Positions 23,981 to 34,249 of a stretch of DNA of 64,000 nt are shown here, in pieces. Position numbers and translations under genes: made by a program. The number at the start of each line of letters is the position of its first letter. The first letter of the stretch is position 1. The stretch is from an uncultured Alphaproteobacteria bacterium (GTDB lineage: Bacteria; Pseudomonadota; Alphaproteobacteria; Rhizobiales; Xanthobacteraceae): assembly GCA_963742425.1 (NCBI GenBank), contig CAVULR010000003.1:23857-87856 (forward strand), read 5' to 3'. Under the pieces are notes generated by a model that had not been told where the DNA came from, did not search any database, and saw only the letters and a list, made by a program, of their open reading frames with translations.

Positions 23981-24128
23981 ATTGCCGGGTTGAACCGCGC
24001 CGGGGGACCAATGCTGGGCCAAGCCAATGCGTGCATAACCGCCCTGGTTGTGAAATCATCCCTTTCCGCAGGAAATCACACGAGACCAAAGACAGATAGC
24101 GCTCGTGGCCGGCTAACGGAGAAGCGTA

Positions 24129-24947
24129 ATGAGGGGTCCCGAGGACGACGCCGGCTTGACCGGCAAGGTCGCAATCCTGAGCGGTGGCGGCGCGGTGGGT
24201 GATGGAATAGGCAACGGCCGGGCGGCGGCCATCCTGCTCGCACGCGCGGGCACCAAGGTGCTGGTGGCCGATCTCGACCGACAACTCGCCGAACGCACCG
24301 TCGAAATGATACAGGCCGAGGGCGGCACGGCCGCGGCATACGCCGGCGACGTCACCAAGGAAACCGAATGTAAACAATTGGTCGATGCAGCCATCGACCG
24401 CTGGGGCCGGCTCGACTTCCTTGACAACAATGTCGGCATCGGCAGCCGCGGCAGCGTCGTCGACCAGAAGCCCGAGGAATATCGGCGCGTGATGCAAGTC
24501 AACGTCGAGACTATGTTCCTGCTCTCCAAGCACGCGATCCCGGCCATGATCAAGACCGCCAAGGGCGGCTCGATCGTCAACATCTCATCGATCTCGGCAC
24601 TCCGGCCACGCGGACTCACTACTTACACGACCTCGAAGGCCGCGGTCATCGGACTTTCCCAAGCCATGGCGGTCGATCACGGCCGCGACAACATCCGGGT
24701 CAATTGCATCTGCCCTGGCCCGATGTATACGCCCATGGTCTACGCTGGCGGTAACGGCATGAGCGATGCCGCACGTGCTCAGCGCGTCAATGCATCGGTG
24801 CTGAAGACCGAAGGTACCGGCTGGGATGTAGGCCAAGCAGTGAAATTCCTGCTCAGCAACTACGCCCGTTACATCACCGGCCAGGTGCTGGTGGTCGACG
24901 GCGGCGTCACGCTGCAAGGCCCGGAACGCGATTCACGAGCTGGCTGA
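24129..24947 (+). CDS. Short-chain dehydrogenase/reductase
   Basis: GxxxGIG-like N-terminus, NNVG, NISS, YTTSK (YxxxK), ITGQVLVVDGG. Confidence 0.92.
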   Translation: MRGPEDDAGLTGKVAILSGGGAVGDGIGNGRAAAILLARAGTKVLVADLDRQLAERTVEMIQAEGGTAAAYAGDVTKETECKQLVDAAIDRWGRLDFLDNNVGIGSRGSVVDQKPEEYRRVMQVNVETMFLLSKHAIPAMIKTAKGGSIVNISSISALRPRGLTTYTTSKAAVIGLSQAMAVDHGRDNIRVNCICPGPMYTPMVYAGGNGMSDAARAQRVNASVLKTEGTGWDVGQAVKFLLSNYARYITGQVLVVDGGVTLQGPERDSRAG

Positions 24948-24954
24948 TCCCGCG

Positions 24955-24991
24955 ATCGTCGTCAGCTTCGCCCGACCGCGCCTAGCAGGCG
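24955..24991 (+). repeat. Direct repeat copy 2 flanking the SDR gene
   Basis: ATCGTCGTCAGCTTCGCCCGACCGCGCCTAGCAGGCG. Confidence 0.85.
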
Positions 24992-25047
24992 GGGTTAACC
25001 GCCCCGGCCCCGGCTCGGGAAGTGGCGCAAGCCGTGACTGCGCAATG

Positions 25048-26265
25048 TCAGGCAAGCAATCGCCCGATGTTTTGCGGGTTGAAGAACTCCTTAAAGGAGG
25101 TGTTTCCCGCTAGGACATCCATAAAGCGCGTTGTTTCCTGTTCGGACCTGGCGATCCTCTGATAGATCGGAACGGCGGATGTGGGATCCTTGAGGCTGGC
25201 CGCCTTCAAGGTATATTCGAAGATCGGCATGGTTTTGTTTCGAAACGCCGACTGGTAGGCCGCTAACGATAAATCAAGAAGCACGGGATCATCGGTGAGG
25301 CCGGCTGCAAGTGCGTCGGCAAGAAGTTGCGCGCCCAAGAACGCATCGCCAATGCCCATTCCCGGAAGTGGATCGCGATGGTACGCGGCATCACCTACCA
25401 GAGCCCAACCCTTTCCGAAGCTCTCGCGATAAAAATTCAAGAGCTTGGAAGTACCTTTGAAAGACGTTACTTGCTTCGAGCGCTTGAGCCGCTCGGCAAG
25501 CGATGGAGCCAACCCGATTATGTCGAGGTAGTTGCCCTCAACATCTGCTCGATACTTATCCCATTCGTCGTGTGAGCGTCCCGCCCAGATGCAGGTCAAC
25601 CCGTCGTGAGTTGGAAATACGAGGATATCGCGACCCTGACGAACGTAAAATTCGACACCTTGAGTGGGCACTCCCGCCCAGTAGGCGTAATACCCGCAAG
25701 TAAACGATGGGTGCGCAACATCCATCGTGGCGCCAGCGGCGCGTGCGACCGGCGACCACATGCCGTCCGCACCGACCACAAACGTGGCGTATTCTTCGAC
25801 CAGCCGACCATGAGCGCCCTGCAGGCGCGCGCCGACGACCCGTCCTTGCGCCCAAATAAGTTCCCGAAAGGTGGTCGCCTCCCGTATCTCCGCCCCGGCT
25901 TGCCGCGCGGCATCGACCAGGAGATTGTCCAAGACCGTTCGTCGTGGCGAAAACATTGCGGCCGTACCCCCAACCGCGCTGGGTCTACCGCGAATGGCAA
26001 TGGCGCCGTAATCGGCCGTGACCTGATCAATCGCTGGACATCCGGTCTCCGCCAGACTGTCCAACAATCCCCACTTTGCAAGAGATGCTGTCGTTCTCGG
26101 CCACATGAAATGCGTTGAAACGGTGTCGCTCGGAAATTGCGCGCGATCAACGCCAAGAACATTGTAGCCTTTGCGCGCCAGCAGCATCGCCAGCGGCGCG
26201 CCAGCGCATCGCGTTCCTACGATCAGAACGTCGTGTCCGGCCAATTTTTTTACTCCGATCGACAT
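25048..26265 (-). CDS. FAD-dependent oxidoreductase (geranylgeranyl reductase/hydroxylase-like)
   Basis: DVLIVGTRCAG, VVGADG, WALVGDAA, GMGIGDA. Confidence 0.85.
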   Translation of the reverse strand: MSIGVKKLAGHDVLIVGTRCAGAPLAMLLARKGYNVLGVDRAQFPSDTVSTHFMWPRTTASLAKWGLLDSLAETGCPAIDQVTADYGAIAIRGRPSAVGGTAAMFSPRRTVLDNLLVDAARQAGAEIREATTFRELIWAQGRVVGARLQGAHGRLVEEYATFVVGADGMWSPVARAAGATMDVAHPSFTCGYYAYWAGVPTQGVEFYVRQGRDILVFPTHDGLTCIWAGRSHDEWDKYRADVEGNYLDIIGLAPSLAERLKRSKQVTSFKGTSKLLNFYRESFGKGWALVGDAAYHRDPLPGMGIGDAFLGAQLLADALAAGLTDDPVLLDLSLAAYQSAFRNKTMPIFEYTLKAASLKDPTSAVPIYQRIARSEQETTRFMDVLAGNTSFKEFFNPQNIGRLLA

Positions 26266-26285
26266 GAAGGGATGGCCCCTTCAGC

Positions 26286-27530
26286 TCAGATCACCTTGGT
26301 TTGCCGCATCTCCCTGACCTCGTCCGGCGAGCAGCCGAGCCACTCGCCATAGATCGCCTCGGAATCCGCGCCGAGAATCGGGGCGCATTTCAGCGGTACC
26401 TCGCTGTCCGACATCCGCAGCGGCCAACCCGCCACGATGACCGGCCCGCGCACCGGATGGTCGATCGTCTGCATCATGCCGCGCTTGTGCAGGTCGGGGT
26501 CGTGCATGAGCTCGAGCGTGGTCATCACGGCGCCGCAGGGAACGCCGGCGCCGGCGATGACCCGGGTCACCTCCTGCTTGGTGTGCTTCGACGTCCATTC
26601 GGTGATGGCCGCGTCCACCGCCTCGCGATTCTCGAAACGGGTGATGCCATCGACCATGCGCGGATCATTGAGCAGGTCTTCGCGGCCGATCGCCTTCAGC
26701 AGGCGGCGCCAATGCTCCGGGTTGCCGCGCGAGGCAAAGATATAGCAGAGATCGTCCAATCCCCCCGGCGCGCATTTGTAGAGGCCGCCGGGCGCGGTGC
26801 CGTAGACGCCGTTGCCGCCGCGCGGCAACTGGTCCTTGCGCGCCGCCTGGCGGCTCATCGGCGTGCGGCAGTAGTTCAGCATCGCATCGCGCATGGCGAT
26901 CTGGATGTGCTGGCCGCGGCCGGTCGCCATGCGCTGGTAGAGCGCAGCGAGGATGCCCATGGCGCAAAGCATGCCGGTGCCGGTATCGCCGACGGTCGAT
27001 CCCGGCCGGACCGGCGGCTGATCGGGAAAGCCGTTGATCCCCATCGTGCCGCCCATCGCCTGCGCGATCATGTCGAAGGCCAGGTAATTCGCGTGCTCGC
27101 TCTCCGGCGCAAAACCCTTGACCTGCGCGAAGATCAATCGCGGATTGAGCGCGGCGAGCCGCGGATAGTCGAAGCCAAGTCGCGCGAAGGTGCCCGGCGC
27201 CATGTTCTCGATCAGCACATCGGCCTTGGCGATCATCCGCTTTAGCAACGCCTTGCCTTCCTCGCTCTTGAGGTTGCAGGTCACGCTGCGCTTGTTGAGA
27301 TTGTAGTAAATGAAATAGGTGGAATCGGCGTCGGGGCGATCGCTCATTCCCCAGCGTCCCGGCTCGCCACGATGGGGCTCCTCCACCTTGACGACATCCG
27401 CCCCAAACCAGGCCAGCGCCTCGGTGCAGGATGGCCCCGCCTCGAACTGGGTGAGGTCGAGCACCTTGATCCCCTTGAGCGCCGGCTGGATCCCGGCCGC
27501 GGTGTCCGGCTGCCTTACGCGTTCCTGCAT
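26286..27530 (-). CDS. Family III CoA-transferase (formyl-CoA transferase-like)
   Basis: LKGIKVLDLTQFEAGPSCT, NLNKRS, ENMAPG, catalytic-Asp region VGDTGTG. Confidence 0.9.
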   Translation of the reverse strand: MQERVRQPDTAAGIQPALKGIKVLDLTQFEAGPSCTEALAWFGADVVKVEEPHRGEPGRWGMSDRPDADSTYFIYYNLNKRSVTCNLKSEEGKALLKRMIAKADVLIENMAPGTFARLGFDYPRLAALNPRLIFAQVKGFAPESEHANYLAFDMIAQAMGGTMGINGFPDQPPVRPGSTVGDTGTGMLCAMGILAALYQRMATGRGQHIQIAMRDAMLNYCRTPMSRQAARKDQLPRGGNGVYGTAPGGLYKCAPGGLDDLCYIFASRGNPEHWRRLLKAIGREDLLNDPRMVDGITRFENREAVDAAITEWTSKHTKQEVTRVIAGAGVPCGAVMTTLELMHDPDLHKRGMMQTIDHPVRGPVIVAGWPLRMSDSEVPLKCAPILGADSEAIYGEWLGCSPDEVREMRQTKVI

Positions 27531-27592
27531 GGCGTTTTCTCCCGATAAGGAGCTGCGCCCTCAATGGCGCGGCCGTTCAATGTGTTACTCGA

Positions 27593-29251
27593 TCAACTGT
27601 GCCAGGCGAAATCCTGCGCCTTCCGGGTCGATCCCTGCGAGATAATCACGTTCACCAGTGCAGGGCCGTCAAACTTCATCGCCTCGTCAAGGGCGCCGCG
27701 AATATCCTTCGGGTTCTGGACGAAGAATCCCTTGCCGCCGAACGCTTCCATCACCCGGTCATAGCGCGCGCCGTAGATCAGCGCGTTGGGTTTCAGATTG
27801 AACATCGGGTTGTCCGGGATCTCTGGCATGCCGGGGCCGATGCCGCCATTGTTCAGGACGACGATCTTGGCCGGCAGGTTGTAGCGGACCAGCGTCTCCA
27901 TCTCCATGCCGGAAAAGCCGATCGCCGAGTCACCCGACAGGTGGATCACCGGCCGGCCGGGCTCGGCCACGCAGGCGGCGATGGCCTGACCGAGACCGAC
28001 GCCCATCGTGCCGTAGGTACCGGCATTGAGGCAGGAGCGGGCATTGAAGCTCGGCAATTGCGTCAACCCGATATCCATGGTGCCGGCACCTTCGGCGCTC
28101 AGGATCGCGTCCCGCGGCATCCAGGCGGCGACGTCGCGCAATGCGCGGTAATAGCCGGCCGGCGCAGCCTCGTCGTCGATCTGCGGCTTGATCTGCGCCG
28201 CGTTAGCAGTGGTCTTCTGGGCGATCGCCTGCCGCCAGGCTGAGTCCTTGGCATGGAACCACTGGCGGTTCTGGAGCGCCTTGTTGAGCTGGCCGACGAT
28301 CGCCTTGCCGTCGCCCACCAGCGCCACTTCGGTGGGCTTGTTGTGGCCGATCTCCTCGGGGGCGATGTCGAGCTGGATGATCTTGACGTCCTTCGCATAG
28401 CGCGGCGGCAGGCCGAAATGAAAGATCCAGTTGAACCGCGCGCCCATCAGGAAGATGACATCGGCCTGTTGCAGCGCGAGCGTGCGCGCGGCGCCAGCTG
28501 ACAGCGGATGGTCGTCCGGCATCACGCCCTTGCCCATCGGCGAGCGCACGAACGGCACTTGCGTGCGCTCGATGAAGGCGCGGACCTCGTCCTCCGCGCG
28601 CGACCACGCCATGCCCTTGCCGAGGATCACGAGCGGTCGCTCGGCCTTCTCGAGCAGGTTCAGCGCCGCCTCCACGTTGTCGGTCGGTGCCACCATGCGC
28701 GGCGGTTCGCCGACGCGCTCGACCTCGACGACCTTGTCGAGTTCGCATTTGCCTCGGATGATATCGTCCGGCATGTCGAGATAGGTGGCGCCGGGGCGAC
28801 CAAAGGTTGCCTGCCGGGTTGCCATCTCGACGTAGTAGGGAATGCGGTGCACGCTTTCGATGCCGTGCGCGAACTTGCAGAACGGCGAGGCGATCAGCAC
28901 CTGCCGCTCCTCCTGGAACGCGCCCATGCCGCCGCGATAGGTCTCCGAGGCGCCGCCGATCAGGATCATTGGCCAGCAGTTCTGCTGGGCGTTGGCGAGA
29001 CCCGCCAGACCGTGCACCACGCCTGGGCCGGTGACTGTGAGGCAGGCGCCGGGGCGGCCGGTGAGATATCCGTAGGCCGCTGCCGCGTAGGCGGCACTCT
29101 GTTCGTTGCGTACGCCGAGATAGGCGATGCCTTCCTTCTGCGCTGCTGCGGCGATTGCGGTGACGGGAAACCCGACGATCCCGAACAGGTGATTGATGCC
29201 CTGCTGTTTGAGGCTCCTCGCCATCAGGGTAGCGCCATCAATTTCGCTCAT
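27593..29251 (-). CDS. ThDP-dependent 2-hydroxyacyl-CoA lyase / oxalyl-CoA decarboxylase family enzyme
   Basis: FGIVGFPV, RNEQSA, GAFQEE, NAGTYGTMGVG, GDSAIGFSGMEMET-(N)NGG, C-terminal RKAQDFAWHS. Confidence 0.88.
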   Translation of the reverse strand: MSEIDGATLMARSLKQQGINHLFGIVGFPVTAIAAAAQKEGIAYLGVRNEQSAAYAAAAYGYLTGRPGACLTVTGPGVVHGLAGLANAQQNCWPMILIGGASETYRGGMGAFQEERQVLIASPFCKFAHGIESVHRIPYYVEMATRQATFGRPGATYLDMPDDIIRGKCELDKVVEVERVGEPPRMVAPTDNVEAALNLLEKAERPLVILGKGMAWSRAEDEVRAFIERTQVPFVRSPMGKGVMPDDHPLSAGAARTLALQQADVIFLMGARFNWIFHFGLPPRYAKDVKIIQLDIAPEEIGHNKPTEVALVGDGKAIVGQLNKALQNRQWFHAKDSAWRQAIAQKTTANAAQIKPQIDDEAAPAGYYRALRDVAAWMPRDAILSAEGAGTMDIGLTQLPSFNARSCLNAGTYGTMGVGLGQAIAACVAEPGRPVIHLSGDSAIGFSGMEMETLVRYNLPAKIVVLNNGGIGPGMPEIPDNPMFNLKPNALIYGARYDRVMEAFGGKGFFVQNPKDIRGALDEAMKFDGPALVNVIISQGSTRKAQDFAWHS

Positions 29252-29574
29252 CGTTTCTCCCCTCGTGACCGACTGAAGTTCAGCCGCGAGATTATGCATA
29301 GATGGCGGGATCACGAAAGGGCGCTGCTGCTGTGCGATATTGGCTGAGCCAAGCGGTTCCGTGCACTCGTGCCCTCGGCGCTCTTCGGGCGCGGCTCGAA
29401 ATCGGCCTAATTCCGCAATTTTCTCCGAACATCCATGGGGACGTCGGCGTCACTCCCTCGGATTGACGCCCTCGGTATGTCGCTTGACGACCCCGGTCGG
29501 CGTGGCAAACCCTTCGATGGTTAGAATTCGTTTCTCGAGCCACCAGCCCTATTCGGGCGTCCAGTTGTAATGAC

Positions 29575-29605
29575 GTGGATGCCCGGGACAAGCCCGGGCA
29601 TGACG
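29575..29605. repeat. Single CGTC-tagged REP
   Basis: GTGGATGCCCGGGACAAGCCCGGGCATGACG hairpin. Confidence 0.8.
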
Positions 29606-29634
29606 TGGAGAGGTTATCGCCGACCCTGCAAGAC

Positions 29635-30090
29635 TTACCCGGTCAGCGCCGCCTTCACCATGCCGCTGGCCTTGCCGAAATCCATCTGGCCGGCGAACTT
29701 CGCCTTCAGCACCCCGATCACTTTGCCCATGTCCTTCATGCCGGCGGCGCCGGTCTCGGCAATTGCCGCCGCGATCGCAGTGTTGACGTCGGCATCCGAC
29801 ATCTGCTTCGGCAAATAGGCGGAGATGATCGCGATCTCGTCGCGCTCCTGCGCCGCCAGCTCGGCCCGGCCGCCCTTGTCGTAGAGTTCGACGGATTCCT
29901 GGCGCTGTTTGATCATCTTCTGGAATACGCCGAGCAGATCCGCGTCGGTCAGCGGCGGCTTGCCTTCCCCGCGCGCGGCGATGTCGGCGTTCTTGATGGT
30001 CGAGTTGACCATTCGCAGCGTGGAGAGCTTGCGCTCGTCCTTGGCCCGCATCGCATCCTTGACCGCGTTGTTGATGTCGTCGCGCAGCAT
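29635..30090 (-). CDS. GatB/YqeY domain protein
   Basis: AMRAKD, KQRQES, AYLPKQ, DMGKVIG. Confidence 0.92.
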   Translation of the reverse strand: MLRDDINNAVKDAMRAKDERKLSTLRMVNSTIKNADIAARGEGKPPLTDADLLGVFQKMIKQRQESVELYDKGGRAELAAQERDEIAIISAYLPKQMSDADVNTAIAAAIAETGAAGMKDMGKVIGVLKAKFAGQMDFGKASGMVKAALTG

Positions 30091-30608
30091 CGTCTGTGTC
30101 CTCTCGCAATCCCTCGGGCGTGTGAAACATCTGATCTAGGCCGTTCGCGGCATCGAGACAACTGGCGCGTGAACCCATAAATTCAGATTGGTCGGCGGAT
30201 GTCCGTTTTGGTTAGCTTAGCACCGGCGCGGCGTGCACCAGAATCAGGAACGGAACGAGGTCGCTTCCGAGGTCAATCACGTCGGTCTGAGCGCACCGAT
30301 AATTTCCAGCCTAACAATACCGGGTGACCTCGCCCACCCCTCTTTGCGTATGCCGGAAACGGCTATATTCTCAACATGGATCGGCCCGCGGGATCTGCCG
30401 AACTTCCCGCTTTCAAGCCGCACAGGTGCCATCGGCAGCTACCCAAAACGTTTGGGTAGAGCTGATCGTGAGGGGCGCCATAAACATCTGCGCTTGTGTG
30501 CGCCCGCACAACACTCGTCTGGTTGGTTGGAAATATATGCTCTTTGCCTAGAGGGATTGTTTTACCGTCGTTTTCCAACGGCGGAATGCGGTGCCTGCGG
30601 AGACCTCC

Positions 30609-31922
30609 ATGCTGGAATTCAGTCGTGCGCAACTATTCAAAGGGTTGGCAACGGTTGTTTGCGGTATGGGCACTGTTTCGCTCGCCTTGATCTATTTCAT
30701 TCCGGCGCCGCCATCGAAAGTTACAATGGCGACCGCCTTTAAAGGCAGTTCTTTCGAATATTACGGCCGGCAGTATCGGGAGGTTTTCGCACGTTCCCAC
30801 ATTGAGCTTGAACTGCGCGAAACTGCCGGGGCTCCGGAAAACGTCAAGCTTCTGCAAGATCCGACATCAGGCATTCAGTTTGCCCTTGTGACCGGAGGTG
30901 TTTCGGACGGAAAACATGCGCCTGGGTTGCTGTCTTTGGGCACCGTATACCACAACCCATTCTGGATTTTTCATTCATCGAATGAACGATTTGACAAGTT
31001 TTCGCAACTGAAAGGCAAACGCATTGCCGTTGGGCCCACAGGAAGCGCCACTCGACTTTCCGCCGAACAAATACTTGGCAAGGGCGGCGTGAATTCTGAA
31101 ACCGCTACGTTGTTGCCTTTTGCCGGCTCAGCCGCGGTCGAGGCATTCAATGATGGCAAGGTCGATGTTGTGTGGATCATCGGCGCACCGGATGCGACGG
31201 CCGTCCATACCTTGCTTCAAAATCCCGACGTTCGACTTATGAGCTTTCCAATGGTGGACGCCCTAACCCGCATTTTTCCCGAGTTTGTTCGACTAATATT
31301 GCCGCAAGGCGTCGTCGATATTGACCGGAACATTCCGCCCAATGACGTGGTACTCATCGGGTCCACCGCCAAGGTATTAATTCGCAGCGATCTCCACCCT
31401 GAAATTGTCCAGCTCCTTTTGCAGACAATGACAGAAGTACATAGTCGACCAGACATTTTTCAGCGCAACGGCGAATTCCCCACTGGTACCGACACAGAAT
31501 ACCCCGTTGCCCCTACCGCGATCGATTTCTACAAAAACGGCCCTTCATTTTTCCAGAGGCATTTGCCTGTGTGGTTGGCCGTCCACGCACAACGAGCGAT
31601 CGCGGTGCTGGTGACCGCCGTGGCGATCGGCTTCCCACTGTTCCGCTTTTTGCCGCTTGCTTACAACTGGGTCACGCGTCGGCGTCTTTTCTACTGGTAC
31701 GGCCAGCTCAAGGCTCTGGAAGCTTCGTTTGACACCGATCCGAACGGCAAACATTTGACTGAAAAAAAAGCCGAAATCGAGCGTATTGAGGACGCCGTCA
31801 GCCACATCCGTTTTCCGCTAACATTCTCGGACCAAGTGTATAACCTGCGCAGTCACATCGACATCGTTCGACGTAAGATCGCATCCCAGGCAAATTCACT
31901 GGAACGGATGGCCGCCGAGTAA
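30609..31922 (+). CDS. TAXI-family solute-binding protein with membrane anchors; visibly more AT-rich than its neighbours
   Basis: ETAG-ENV-LL, LKGKRIAVGP-GS, N- and C-terminal TM segments, YNLRSHIDIVR. Confidence 0.82.
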   Translation: MLEFSRAQLFKGLATVVCGMGTVSLALIYFIPAPPSKVTMATAFKGSSFEYYGRQYREVFARSHIELELRETAGAPENVKLLQDPTSGIQFALVTGGVSDGKHAPGLLSLGTVYHNPFWIFHSSNERFDKFSQLKGKRIAVGPTGSATRLSAEQILGKGGVNSETATLLPFAGSAAVEAFNDGKVDVVWIIGAPDATAVHTLLQNPDVRLMSFPMVDALTRIFPEFVRLILPQGVVDIDRNIPPNDVVLIGSTAKVLIRSDLHPEIVQLLLQTMTEVHSRPDIFQRNGEFPTGTDTEYPVAPTAIDFYKNGPSFFQRHLPVWLAVHAQRAIAVLVTAVAIGFPLFRFLPLAYNWVTRRRLFYWYGQLKALEASFDTDPNGKHLTEKKAEIERIEDAVSHIRFPLTFSDQVYNLRSHIDIVRRKIASQANSLERMAAE

Positions 31923-32008
31923 CTGGATCGTCCGAGACAGTCCATTCGCGTCGATTTGGCATGTCTGCAGCAGGTCCGGTAAAGGGGCAATCTCCGAAAA
32001 TGCCGGCG

Positions 32009-32716
32009 CTAGATCCGCAGCCATTCGACCAGGGCGGCGATGGTGGCTTCCGGCCTTTCGGGTTGCGGGCAATGGCCGCAATCGGGAATGATGACCAGTT
32101 TTGCGCCGGCGATGCCGTCAGCCATTTCCTTCGACAGCGTGTTCGGTATCAGCATGTCCTGATCGCCCGTCAGCACCAGCGTCGGGCATTTGATGGTCGC
32201 CATCGTCGGCCGCGAATCCGCCCGCGCCATGATTGCGGTCTGGTTGTTGATGAAGCCTTCCGCCCCGACGTCGTCGGCCATGTCGTGCATGAGTTGCTGA
32301 AACGCGGCTTCGCCGGTGCGCGAGGGGTGCACCAATAGCGGCAGAATTTCGTCGATCACCCCGTGCAGGCCGCCATCGCGGGCCCGCGCGATCATCGCGC
32401 GGCGCCTCGTGCTGGCTTCCGGTGTATCCGGCCGGGCCTGGGTATTGATCAGCGCCAGCTTCGCCACCCGCTCCGGCGCCTGCCGCATGATCTCGAAGGA
32501 GATGTAGCCGCCCATCGAATGCCCGGCCAGCGCGAAACGCGGTGGCGCCTCGGCCAAAATCCTGCGCGCGACCACCGCGATATTGTCTTCGCGAATGTGG
32601 TTGGCCACCGTCACCGGCCCGAATCGCCACAGCGCGGGAATCACCGGGGCGTAGATGCGGGGCGACGACACCAGGCCCGGAACGAGCAGTATAGGCATCG
32701 AATTGTCCATGCTCAT
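32009..32716 (-). CDS. Alpha/beta-fold hydrolase
   Basis: GHSMGG nucleophile elbow, G-QD, CGH. Confidence 0.9.
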   Translation of the reverse strand: MSMDNSMPILLVPGLVSSPRIYAPVIPALWRFGPVTVANHIREDNIAVVARRILAEAPPRFALAGHSMGGYISFEIMRQAPERVAKLALINTQARPDTPEASTRRRAMIARARDGGLHGVIDEILPLLVHPSRTGEAAFQQLMHDMADDVGAEGFINNQTAIMARADSRPTMATIKCPTLVLTGDQDMLIPNTLSKEMADGIAGAKLVIIPDCGHCPQPERPEATIAALVEWLRI

Positions 32717-32834
32717 CTCCGGGACGGCTCGGGGAATTTTGGTGAAAACGGGCGGATAGCGGTCCTTGTAGATTAAAAGCCCGGCGCCGCCTGTCAAATA
32801 CCCGGCAAACGCTGTGAATCCGCCGGTTCCGACT

Positions 32835-32863
32835 TTGACGCGCCAGCATGCGAAGACTATGTA
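32835..32863 (+). promoter_or_regulatory. Sigma70-type promoter of carA (likely leaderless or near-leaderless mRNA)
   Basis: TTGACG-N17-TATGTA ends 8 nt before ATG 32872; no SD. Confidence 0.55.
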
Positions 32864-32871
32864 ATGCGCTC

Positions 32872-34062
32872 ATGACATCACCGGAAAACGCCTCAGCCTG
32901 GCCGGACCATAAACCGACCGCGCTCCTCGTGCTCGCCGACGGCACGGTGCTGGAGGGATTCGGCCTCGGCGCGGAAGGCCAGGCGGTCGGCGAAGTCTGC
33001 TTCAACACCGCGATGACCGGCTATGAGGAAATCCTTACCGATCCCTCCTATGCCGGACAGCTCATCACCTTTACCTTTCCCCATATCGGCAATGTCGGCA
33101 TCAACGACGAGGACATCGAGACCGTCAACATGGCGGCGACGCCGGGTGCGCGCGGGGTGATCCTGCGCTCGGCCATCACCGATCCCTCGAACTACCGTGC
33201 CTCGCGACATCTCGATCAATGGCTGAAGGCGCGCGGCATCATCGGACTTTCCGGCATCGATACCCGCGCGCTGACCGCGCTGATCCGCAACAAGGGCATG
33301 CCCAACGCGGTGATCGCGCACGCCGAAGACGGCCAGTTCGACCTCCACGGCCTGAAACAGGAAGCGCGCGAATGGCCCGGCCTCGAAGGCATGGATCTGG
33401 TGCCGATGGTGACATCGGCCCAGCGTTTTACCTGGGACGAAACGCCGTGGCAGTGGGAAAAAGGGTTTGGGCGGCAAACCGCGCCTGAGTTCAACGTCGT
33501 CGCCATCGACTACGGCATCAAGCGCAACATCCTGCGGCTTTTGGCAGGCGTTGGCTGCAAGATCACGGTGGTGCCTGCGACCACATCGGCGGAAGACATC
33601 CTGGCGATGAAGCCCGATGGCATATTCCTGTCCAACGGCCCCGGTGATCCCGCTGAGACCGGCAAATACGCGGTGCCCGTGATCCAGAAAGTGATCCATT
33701 CGGGCACGCCGACGTTCGGCATTTGTCTCGGCCACCAGATGCTGGGCCTGGCGGTGGGCGCCAAGACCAGGAAGATGCATCAGGGCCATCACGGCGCCAA
33801 CCATCCGGTCAAGGACGAGACCACCGGCAAGGTGGAGATCACTTCGATGAATCATGGTTTCGCCGTGGATCAAGCAACCTTGCCGAAAGGCGCGACCCAG
33901 ACTCACGTCTCGCTGTTCGACGGTTCCAATTGCGGCATCCAGCTCGACGGCAAGCCGGTATTCTCGGTGCAGTATCACCCCGAGGCTTCCCCCGGTCCGC
34001 GCGACTCCCATTACCTGTTCAAGCGCTTTGCCGATCTGATGCGGGCGAACAAGCGCGGGTAA
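32872..34062 (+). CDS. carA: Carbamoyl-phosphate synthase small subunit
   Basis: [38 protein letters not shown]. Confidence 0.98.
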   Translation: MTSPENASAWPDHKPTALLVLADGTVLEGFGLGAEGQAVGEVCFNTAMTGYEEILTDPSYAGQLITFTFPHIGNVGINDEDIETVNMAATPGARGVILRSAITDPSNYRASRHLDQWLKARGIIGLSGIDTRALTALIRNKGMPNAVIAHAEDGQFDLHGLKQEAREWPGLEGMDLVPMVTSAQRFTWDETPWQWEKGFGRQTAPEFNVVAIDYGIKRNILRLLAGVGCKITVVPATTSAEDILAMKPDGIFLSNGPGDPAETGKYAVPVIQKVIHSGTPTFGICLGHQMLGLAVGAKTRKMHQGHHGANHPVKDETTGKVEITSMNHGFAVDQATLPKGATQTHVSLFDGSNCGIQLDGKPVFSVQYHPEASPGPRDSHYLFKRFADLMRANKRG

Positions 34063-34088
34063 CGCACTCCCGTACTCGTCATTATACT

Positions 34089-34164
34089 CGTCATTACCGG
34101 GCTTGACCCGGCAATCCATCTTTTTTGAAAAGTGATGGATGCCCGGATCAGTCCGGGCATGACA
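34089..34164. repeat. CGTC-tagged REP pair, overlapped by a 12-bp tandem duplication (34073..34096)
   Basis: CGTCATTACCGGGCTTGACCCGGCAATCCA ... TGGATGCCCGGATCAGTCCGGGCATGAC; TACTCGTCATTA x2. Confidence 0.8.
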
Positions 34165-34249
34165 AGCTTGCACGTTGAAGCCAGCTGGCATTGTCAACAT
34201 CGATTTGGTATGACGATCATCATTATAAATGAACTCCAGGAACCACCTC

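Noticed and set aside
29430-29560. Possible gene remnant upstream of the HACL-like gene (minus strand ILTIEGFATPTG...)
   Set aside because: Too short, no start signal and no recognisable family
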